From the NCBI GenBank assembly GCA_008632985.1, contig QPGO01000014.1:372001-436000 (forward strand): a DNA stretch of 64,000 nt, in the 5' to 3' direction. Of this stretch, positions 52,088 to 61,428 are shown one piece after another. This DNA is from Psammoneis japonica (taxonomy: Eukaryota). The notes beneath the pieces are model-generated. The model worked only from the letters and a program-made list of their open reading frames with translations, was not told the DNA's origin and ran no database searches. The position numbers and the translations under genes are program-made. The number at the start of each line of letters is the position of its first letter. The first letter of the stretch is position 1.

Positions 52088-52313
52088 TGTTGTGATGTCC
52101 AGAGAATGGACAACAGACAGAGCATGTTGACATCACAATGGATGTGGGGCGATTCTAGGTGCTGGTGTCACAGCCACCAAAAGAGAAAATTGTGAGGAGA
52201 GGAGACACTCTTCGTCTGCTCTCCTAGTTTCCCGAGTGACGTTTGCACTGATGACATAAGTCTTTGTGACGGCGGGTCACAATGACTGTCTTGATGATTT
52301 GACAATCTTCACA
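52088..52313 (-). repeat. 5' LTR of Copia-2
   Basis: Direct repeat of 44896-45120. Confidence 0.97.
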
Positions 52314-52319
52314 GATTTC

Positions 52320-53563
52320 GGGAAACTGACGGCACGGTGGCAGTCTACGAGGTCCTTCGATCCGGAGCAGTCTCTCAAATGGGACAGACTATTGTCGGTG
52401 TCCCCGGACACACGGCAATGGGTGCGCTATCGAAAGATGGGACCAAGCTTGCCGTGACCGAATCATTGACCGACATGAATGCCAATTGGACAGGCCAAAT
52501 CACCGTCTGTGAACTGGTCATGGATGGAAGGAGAAGGTTGGACACCGTGGTCATTTTTGGAACGGCTTGCCCCAAATGTGTCTGGAAGCCAATGGGAGAG
52601 CCGATCCACCCAGTCGATCAAGTGTTTGAAGACAAAGGGAGGAGTTGTCACGCTGTTGCTCCATCCGAGAACGGAGTGACTCTGGCTGTTGCATCTCAAA
52701 TGGCGAGCCATGGCTACATTGGAAAAGTGAACCGACGAAGCCCACACATCCGACGACGAGGTAGAAACCTCGACACGATCATTTCCGGTTCTTCCTCCGT
52801 CATCAACCAAATGCAAGTTTGTCGACATCAAGAGAACGGATCCTGGACACAGCTCGGAGAGACCATCCCATTAGAGCCGGTTGCGGACAAATCTGGCCAT
52901 TCTATTTCGATCAGTGACGATGGCTCCACCATCGCTCTTGCCGAAGACCATTCACTTGGAGGCCCCAGCAAGGGAACGGTCCAAGTCTTTTCCCGTTCCG
53001 AACAAGATGGTGATTGGGCCCAACTCGGTACGAACCTCGAAGGCATCTTTCCTTGGCAGGGTGATTACTTTGGAATGCGAGCATCCTTGTCGGGAAACGG
53101 ACGACGGGTCGCAGCGTCCGCGATTGGTCCTTTTTCCGAAGGTGGTGCCGCCGTCTTTGACTGCGACGACACTGACCAAGACTGGCACCAGGTTGGCGGG
53201 GATCTCATTGGTGACCCCAATGGCAGCAACGACGTCATTGACCGTATCGCCTTGTCCAGCAACGGACGAATGGTTGCCATTGCGTCGACGTGGAGGACCG
53301 ACAGCTACGTGCACACGCACGAATTCCGTGGCGGGATCTGGAAACAAGTCGGAAAGAAAGCATCTGGATTGACTGATGATGATGGGCGATTCGGGGACGG
53401 CATTGCCCTTTCTGCCACCGGTGTGCTTATGGCCGTTGGGAGTTCCGCGAATTTGTACAATGGTGGGACACCGAATGTCCGCTTGCATTCGCTGGAAATC
53501 GACGAGTGGCCTCGATCATTGTGTGTGGCACTCGCACTGCACATGATCCAAACATTTAACTAG
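52320..53563 (+). pseudogene. 3' part of the disrupted gene: beta-propeller/FG-GAP-like repeats
   Basis: Repeats of the form 'W.Q(L/V)G....G...G.S.S(L/I)S.DG..(L/V)A'. Joins 44895 in frame ('GSSGFRETDGTVAVYE') once Copia-2 and one TSD are removed. Confidence 0.8.
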
Positions 53564-54252
53564 AGTAAATCATGTTGCACCTTTGTAGCCCTACGCACCC
53601 CGTCTCGGAATCAGTGTGGCATGCAACTGACTGGAGTCGAAATGTCGAACCGTAGCTGCTAGCTAGCTAGCCTTACCTTCTTCGTTTGCTAGCTAGCCTG
53701 CTTTGGCGATCGCTGTTCTCCCCGCCCATCTTGTTCCTTCAATGCGCGTTGTTTCACTGCGTTCGGCTTTTGGCTAGGAGCATGTTGGTTTATGATTCTT
53801 CTTCCGGCTCTCGCAGTTGCCGTGGGTCCTGTCGCGGCTCATTCGTCATTTGGTAGCGTTTCCAGTTCCGATACTGAGAAAGACTGATGTGCATGACTGA
53901 AACTAGGCCCTAAAGGTTGTCGCGGGCGATGCTATTTTTTGTGCCTCAGAGAAGCTGATGTGATGTGCAAGCAAGTAGTGCAGATGCTGTCCTCATTCAC
54001 TTTTTGAAATGAGCTCGGCATGTCATTCTGCTTTCTACGTGATTCGAAAAAATCAAACGTATCCCGCCGCGAAAAAAAAGGGTTTGACCGATTTTTTCGA
54101 AAACGGTCGTTGATTTTTCTATCGCCAATGCTTGATTCGTGTCGGCAGAGTTCACGAAACGTAATCTGCACTACGATTCAGATTACGACAACATCTCACA
54201 ACCACTTGACTGTCGTATAACACAACTGCATCATCCTTATATTACTGATCCC

Positions 54253-55725
54253 ATGCCGTTCTTCACTAATACGAAAGTTGCGCCTAACCCTACGCCATCG
54301 TCGTTACTACGACCGGCCACAAAGTCCTTTACGGTGACCACGGCAAGCGGATTGCGTGTCAGTGTCGGTAACGACGTGATTGAGTGTTCCGGACCAGGCT
54401 GTGATAAGGCCCCAACGCTGCGATGCTCTGCATGCAAAATGGAATACTACTGCAGCAAAGCCTGTCAGAGGCGGGACTGGACGGACCACAAGGAGTTGTG
54501 TGAGCATTTCAAAGAGCTTCGAACCGTAACGATTCCGACGTTGAGGGCCAAGGGTCTCGAGGAACAGCCCAGTCAAGTCGTGAACAAGGAGTGCGGAATC
54601 TGTTTGACCGAGAACATGACCAGGCCCCTTACTTTGGAGACATGTAATCATGCCTTTTGCTACCCGTGCCTCAAGCAATGGGACGACGCCTGTGATGAGA
54701 CGGAACAAGAGGAAACGAAGTGTCCACTTTGTCGTTCGCCGTTCGATTTATATTGTACCTCCACAACAAAGTGGATCGAGTCCATTAAGGTAGCCCGCCT
54801 CCAGCAAGATCCAAACGTCAAGAGAGCTATTTACAACAAGGCACTTGAAGAATTTGACGAGACCATTGGCCGAAACGAGACAAATCCCGAGCTCTATGTT
54901 CTTGCTCATATGACAAAAGCAAAGATGTGCACAAAAATCGGTGACGCAGCTCTCGCAAAGAAAATTATGGAGAAAAATGTTTTATTTAAAGGCGCTGACC
55001 TTCCCGTCGAAACTTGGTCGGAAGTACAGTTGACCCACGTAGAAGCCCTCATTGGACTCGGCCAGTATTACTCTGCGCTAAAGTGGCTTGAAAACATTTC
55101 GCTTAAAGGCATTGGTGATGATGAGCTAGAAGACTTTCTCAAGGCCTACTGTCGTTGCTGGTATGAATTTGGCAACTGGAGTCTCTGCATAAAGGCGGGC
55201 CTGTCACTAGTGGACCTGGACAGTCGCTCGATTGGCGCACATAAATATCTGGCGCTCGGTTTAAAAGAAGAAGGTGACATGAAAACTGCAATGGTATGTA
55301 TTGGTCAATCCATATTGTACGAACTTGACGATGAAACGGGTGCGATGGATGAGAATATTCGCATCTTTAATAAATTCAAAGCCGAAGAGAAAAGCGTTCG
55401 GCCCCTGAAGGTGACTGTACGCACACCGCCCAAGTACGCTACGCCCAGATGCGAAATGTGTTTGAAGAGGGTGGTCGACAAGGAAAAGGACATTCAATTC
55501 AGGATTTGCGAGCACGCCTTTTGCTACGAGTGCATGAAAAAGTGGTGGATTGATCTTATTGAGAAGTCTCCATCCAACATGCCAGTCCGATACAAGGGGG
55601 AACAGTCAAGTTGCCCAATTTGTCGAAAGGACATTGAGAACCTTCCGATTGCCAAGAAGCAACTCATTCTCTGCAATCCTGCTGAAGTTTCCAGTGAGCC
55701 ATTCTCGTGCGCCCCGCCTTCGTAA
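54253..55725 (+). CDS. zf-MYND + RING + TPR-like + RING protein, putative E3 ubiquitin ligase
   Basis: MYND 'CSACKMEYYCSKACQRRDWTDHKELC', two C3HC4 RINGs ('CGIC...CNHAFCYPC...CPLC' and 'CEMC...CEHAFCYEC...CPIC'), helical repeats between them. Confidence 0.85.
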   Translation: MPFFTNTKVAPNPTPSSLLRPATKSFTVTTASGLRVSVGNDVIECSGPGCDKAPTLRCSACKMEYYCSKACQRRDWTDHKELCEHFKELRTVTIPTLRAKGLEEQPSQVVNKECGICLTENMTRPLTLETCNHAFCYPCLKQWDDACDETEQEETKCPLCRSPFDLYCTSTTKWIESIKVARLQQDPNVKRAIYNKALEEFDETIGRNETNPELYVLAHMTKAKMCTKIGDAALAKKIMEKNVLFKGADLPVETWSEVQLTHVEALIGLGQYYSALKWLENISLKGIGDDELEDFLKAYCRCWYEFGNWSLCIKAGLSLVDLDSRSIGAHKYLALGLKEEGDMKTAMVCIGQSILYELDDETGAMDENIRIFNKFKAEEKSVRPLKVTVRTPPKYATPRCEMCLKRVVDKEKDIQFRICEHAFCYECMKKWWIDLIEKSPSNMPVRYKGEQSSCPICRKDIENLPIAKKQLILCNPAEVSSEPFSCAPPS

Positions 55726-56181
55726 TCTTTGTTGAAAAGATGCATCGTTTCCCGAACAAAGCTTTGTGTTTTGCAGTAAATCTAGTAGTTTCTTTAGTTA
55801 TCAACCTTGTGTGGAGCTCTACGTCGACAGTTGTCGTTTCAATGCTCGATTGTTGCGTGAGAGAGAGAAAGTATCATTGTCATGCGGATCGGATAGTTCT
55901 AGTTGTCGTAAGGAAGAGTATAATCCCCACCCGATCCAAATATTCGTGCTTTCGTTTTGCGCCACAGATGAAATCAACGACTGTCAGAAATGTCGCTATC
56001 AACTAACCATGGGTGTCAGCACGGGCGACGCCAAAAAGTACAAGACCCTGTGGAGTCCCATCACGCCGACATGACCCATCCATTGCACCAATAGTTGTAG
56101 ACTCGCTCTACTAGAGTTTCTGGCGTTTGACAAGTATAATGTACATCGTTATTATCTACACCCAACCTGTTGTTTTAGGCA

Positions 56182-56931
56182 CTAATTTCCCTCATTTCGT
56201 TTCAGCCATTTACCCGTCAAGAGTCGTTTGGCTCGTGCATTCACGACAGCTTGTTTCTCGGCCGTCTTGGACATGGTGCTTGTCAGTTTCTCCACTTGTT
56301 GGTTTTGTGATTCGGTTTCTTGTTGGATTTGTGTACCAAGCTCAGAAAGCCGATCCAACGCGGCTGACGTTTGGTCCAGCATGGCATCAATCTCGTCGTC
56401 ATTCTTGACGAGACTGTGGAGACCAGCTTTGGTGTCATCGTCGAGCTTTGCCACATTGGGATTCTCCAAATCACTTCTTAGCAAATCGGTTCGTTTCTGT
56501 GGAGGGCGTTTCACCACCTTGGAACGAGCACGAGACGCGGATGTGGTGGCAGCAGATTTCTTTTCAGGCTCAACGGGACTGCTATTTTCCTTTCCAATAT
56601 TGGCACGTTCCCGTGCTCGTTCGGATCGGCGAATGGATTCCTTGGCTTCTGCCTTGGCTAGTCTCTTGTTGGTTCCACGCCAGTGACCAGACCATCTATC
56701 AAATCGGTTCTGTAATTTCTGCGTCTTGTTGAGTTGGTCGTCCATGTCTTGAGCATCCATATGAATCTGTTGCATTTTACTCCGCTGCTCGCGCATTTCT
56801 TCTAGCGTATCACCTCCCAATTGTTCCGTTTCGGCGGCTTGCTGTTGAATGCGATACAGCGCCGCCTTGGTTTTCGATTGCACATCTTGTGCTTCTTGAA
56901 TCACCTCGGCGTTTGAATTCAATTCTGGCAT
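56182..56931 (-). CDS. SNAP-25-like Qbc SNARE
   Basis: Two SNARE-like coiled coils ('AAETEQLGGDTLEEMREQ' and 'EIDAMLDQTSAALDRL...ETESQNQQV') joined by a linker, no TM. Confidence 0.8.
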   Translation of the reverse strand: MPELNSNAEVIQEAQDVQSKTKAALYRIQQQAAETEQLGGDTLEEMREQRSKMQQIHMDAQDMDDQLNKTQKLQNRFDRWSGHWRGTNKRLAKAEAKESIRRSERARERANIGKENSSPVEPEKKSAATTSASRARSKVVKRPPQKRTDLLRSDLENPNVAKLDDDTKAGLHSLVKNDDEIDAMLDQTSAALDRLSELGTQIQQETESQNQQVEKLTSTMSKTAEKQAVVNARAKRLLTGKWLKRNEGN

Positions 56932-57120
56932 GCTGGGGATTCCAAAAACTTCTCCGGTGTACAAACTTACAGTCTACTTGATCTGTCGTCTCCCCGTGTA
57001 CTCTTCGCCGCTCTTTGCTGATGAAAGCAGTCTGAACGACTGAAATAGTATGGATAATATATGGTATGGAATACACGAGCGTCTTTCACGGTTGACGACG
57101 ACTCGCACCGGGTCAGTTTA

Positions 57121-57438
57121 CTACGAATTGCTGAACAATTGCGCGATACACGTGCCCGAAGGGTGATTGTTGCTTCGGGCACGAAATTCGAGCTTCGCGC
57201 ACGTAGAGTCCGTAGAAAATATACCAGCATTCGAGAATGTCCGATTTGTGTAGATCACGTAGCACAGTACCACAGAGGTCATTGATGAAATTACTGCAAC
57301 GACTCATGCGACTACAACGAGATTTTCAATACCATATACCATGTAGAATGGACATCTGCGCGAAGGAAGAATGTTGCTTCGGGCAACGATATTCGACCTT
57401 CGGGCACGTGTATCGCGCAATTGTTTTGCAATTTGTAG
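57121..57438. mobile_element. Small foldback or MITE-like element
   Basis: About 42-bp inverted ends (57121-57162 vs 57397-57438) with a long perfect core acaattgcgcgatacacgtgcccgaagg. TA lies on both sides. Confidence 0.65.
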
Positions 57439-57824
57439 TATTCTTGCGGGAATGCAACGCGAATTCCTTGATCCGCACTTCGGAAAGTGGCGGGAAATTT
57501 TCGAAAACAAAATATATATTTTCATGGTCAAATATGATGGATGAATTTAAGCTTTAGTTTCTGTAGACTTTCCAAAACACATTGGTTACAGTCATTCTGC
57601 AAAACAAAATGAATCGTTGAAATATGCCCCTGTAGAAATAATACAAATGACGACGTACAATCCAAAAATTATCATTATTCCTGACATACCACGGTAGCAC
57701 GTATGATTCTACGGCGACAGCTGAGAATGACCGGGGGGTTCTTCTTCGACCCCTTCTCACCTCGTGGCCGTTCACAAATCACCTCAACACCCCATTCATC
57801 AGTTGGTCTTGTGTAAATGAAATC

Positions 57825-60818
57825 ATGGAATTACCGGTACGAGAAGAAGAGGGCGATGATATCTTGCTACGAATCCGTAGAAAAGTGAAACATCCAGCTC
57901 ATGGTTTGAACAGCGATGTGGATTTTGGAAAGTTCTCGCAATTGCACGCGGTATCACCTGATGAGGAAGAGGAGCTTCAACCTAAAAATCTCACTCGAGA
58001 CGACTTGAGAACGTCACGATACAAAACGGCGCCACGCATAGAGAGAAGAACACGATTGTCGAATGAAGAAACACAAAGAAAGGTGATTGAGCGCATGAAA
58101 GAATATTCAAGGCACCGGTCAAGAAAGCATCGAGAAGCGGAAGACAAAAAATCGTCGCTGCCGGCACAGATTAACGCACGTATCAAGGCTTTGGATGAAG
58201 TTGTAAAGAACGAAAAAAGGCGTCGATCGTCGAAACAAATGCCATCCTATCCCAAGGAAACAAACGATGGTCCCTCAGCATCTTACGAGAGGCGTAGCCA
58301 ACAGAAGCGTGCACAGGAGAGTCGAGGAAACCCCGCGAATGGACCGAGCCGCCGAAGATCGTCAAGTCTGCAGGTAGAGGATTTAGAGAAACAGGCAAGC
58401 CCTGAACGAGACCTTCATGCCTCATGTCCTACCTTCAATACACCCTCGATGGGTATGCTCGCCATGTCTGGGGCTCGACAACAGCGTCGAAGCATGCCTG
58501 CAGGTTCTCCTCCTGCCATCTCGCCACCCGAATTTGATCGAAAGAGACTGAATGGAAGCTCTTCCAAGCTAAGATACAAGACCACGCCTACTTCATCTCC
58601 TACACTCGACAAGAAGCAAATGCGGAACGAAGTGTCTAGGCGCCAACGTTCTCCTCCTACCTCATCTCCGGCGCAAAATCAAACCAGAAATGCGCAGAGA
58701 AGGAGAAATAGCGAAAGGGACAGACATGCTGTTCCATCTCCCGTAGCATCTCCTCCACAAGCTAAAAAGTCACCAAGGAGAAGATATGAGAAACCTAGAC
58801 GACGGTCTTCTCCACCAAAGCAGGTTGCTGTTGAAGAAGATGACGAAGAAGATGACTACGAGGACGACCTTAGCACAAACTATTCTATGGATGTGCCTTC
58901 CGTGATATTTTCGGGAGGAATGTCTGTTATTTCAGAGCTGGAATGTTACTCTGCGCCAACCATCAAGGATGCGGTAAACGCCGCTACAGCAATACAAGCA
59001 TGTTGGCGCATGGCATGGGCAAGAAAGAGGTACCTACAAAAGCATAACCGATATGTGTTATCTCTGAAAAATTATGCAGCAGCCGTGATTCAAAGTGCCG
59101 TTCGCGGGATGCAAACGAGGCAGCATTTGCTTGAGAATTCATGGCGGGAAAGCCATGTTCAGCCAAATGTGGATTCCGATGAGATTTCGCTTGACTTTGT
59201 ATCTCTGTATTCGCCGATGCCAGATGAGGATACGGATCGAGAATATCCATCTCGGAGGAAAGAAAAACTTTCTATGAAAGAAGAAACAGGAAGCTCAAGT
59301 TTCACCTTTGAAACAGAAAAGACCACTCTCTCGAGCAGTACCCGGGAAGTAATGCCTCGGAACCAGACTACAAACAAGGATGTGATATCCTTGTCGAAAA
59401 AGCCAGAAAGCGTCAGCGGCAATGATAGTGAATTGCGTGTTTGTCTAGCTGACTTTGAGTCCGTACGGCAGAAAAACTTCGAACCGAGCCTCACGTCTTC
59501 TTGCTCACAGTGGCATTCGTCAGTTGAGGGACTCCAAGTCTGCGTCAAGGAAGCAACTCTGGCAGAACGTTTCGTGTTTCAGTTGCTAGCGGAATATCAA
59601 GAGGTAAACGTTGACGACGAAGGAAAGCTCGATAACAGTTTTACATTCTTTGCAGGAACTAAACAAAGTAGCCTTCCAGAGGAAGTCGAAATTCCAATGA
59701 ATGCTTGTATGGACATCGCCAACGAAGTTTCGTACGAGCTTGAAGAGCTCCAATCAGAAGTCAACACATTGAATGAACTGGGAGATGCAATCATCGCGGA
59801 GCTTGGCTCTTCCGAAATGGCGATTGTACAAGCATGGGGTGAGTTGTAAAGATGTCCTTTAATCATAAAGTGTTTCACGCGTGACTAACGTGTCCCGGGA
59901 CCGTCTCGTTTAGCCTCCTATTCTGGAGCAGCAGAAGAAGCAGATAAGCGATGGGAGACATCATGTACCACTCCGCCCAGGGGCGCTTCGAGCCAGCGAG
60001 CGCCTGTTACCGAGAATATCGAAGACCTTTGGTTACTAGAAATGAAATATCGTGTAGCTGTATCCTTCCAGCTGCTGGCTTGGCAAAAAGCTGCCGCCGA
60101 ACTTTCTACGATTATTGAAGCGGCTACAAAAATTGAACACAAGCACCGCCTAAGACTGGGAAAGTTACTAACAGCTTTTCATTCGCAACAGTTGCAGATT
60201 AAAGTGGGTGGCGCTTCGTTTGAGAACTTTGCTTCGGAGATTGAAACCCTTGCTTCGGAGATTGAAGAACTTGCGCAGAAACTGTTGGCGCAGACAAGGC
60301 GTAGGCCATCCGTTGCCAGGTCGCTCAGTTGCCTTAATCTTGGAAGAACCAAAAACCAAATGTTAGAGTCTCCGATGGCCAGCGAACGGTTGGTGGCGTC
60401 AAAGGTGATTGAAAAGAGGACAAAGGGTAGCGTCGGGCTAAGGACGTACTGGAATGAAAAGTTGGCCGTCCTCACCGAAGATGGCTTCTTGCATTTATTC
60501 GAGCGATTGTCCTCCTCCAGTAAAAAGATCAAGAATCCCGAAAAAGTCTTTATTCAGCTGGTCGAAGCAGAGTATAACGATGATCCGTCGAATGGAAACG
60601 GCGGGGTTGGTTATTTGACTCCCAAAGAGTCCCTCTTCTTGCCCAAATGCATTGTCACTGTGAACGCAAAAGATGCCGCAAGTTTCGATGTCATACAAGA
60701 AAAGATTGGGAAAAATGGCAACGCAACCACTGTCAGGACGGTTTTCCGAACAAAATCCGTCGCAGATACATGTGCTTGGGTAGAAGCTCTTCAAGGGAAG
60801 ACTGGTGCCGTAAGGTGA
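57825..60818 (+). CDS. Disordered N-terminus + 2 IQ motifs + coiled-coil/PH protein, paralogue of 41262-43163 (intron about 59839-59913)
   Basis: IQ motifs 'IQACWRM' and 'IQSAVRG'. C-terminal blocks shared with the paralogue: 'EMKYRVAV', 'LESP...KVIEK', 'AVLTEDGFLHLF'. Confidence 0.75.
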
Positions 60819-61428
60819 AACCTTTTGAACTACTGTTATAGATTACAACTATCTATGCAAAGGGTAGTGTAGAATGTGTAGATCCTCTATCAGCCTGCTT
60901 TGCGTGCGTCGTAAAGCATCCCTTGTTTGGTAAATTCGTGATAACATCCAGTCACTCCCTCATTTTGTGAGGCGCGTCTTTGGAAGAAACCGGGATTTCG
61001 AATCGACATGCATTCGTGACCCGAGAGTGTCCAACGTACTAACGTCCTCGTGAAAACAGATACCTTTAAATATTTTCGAAAATATAACATTTAACATCGA
61101 TACAAAATATACACAAACTAAAAAATATATTAGTGATCAAAAACAGCTTTTTATTGCCCTGGTTACCATTTACGCGAACCTCTTGGGACCTTTTACTATC
61201 ATAAAAAGCACACTCATCTAACCTTCCATAAATGACCTTTAGTATTTATGACCAGAAGCCTCCCTTGCCTGCTGACGATAAACAGTTTCGGTACAAAAAC
61301 GTGTAGATTCAACGGACGTCCCTAAGACTTTGCGAACGTCGTGCTCCCTCCACGCGCACCTTACAAAACACGAACCAAATTAGCAATGGCGATAATAGAC
61401 GGCAACTTTTGAACAATCGAAAAGAATC

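Larger units (their letters stand above)
44896..52313 (-). mobile_element. Complete Ty1/Copia (CoDi-like) LTR retrotransposon, Copia-2
   Basis: About 225-bp LTRs at 44896-45120 and 52088-52313, TSD GATTTC (44890-44895 and 52314-52319), PPT (minus strand tgagagggag, 45121-45130), gag-PR-INT-RT-RNaseH on the minus strand. Confidence 0.97.

Noticed and set aside
56967..57230. Upstream ORF as an N-terminal exon of the SNARE
   Set aside because: It overlaps the foldback element and no convincing in-frame splice was found. ATG 56931 already gives a complete two-SNARE-motif protein.
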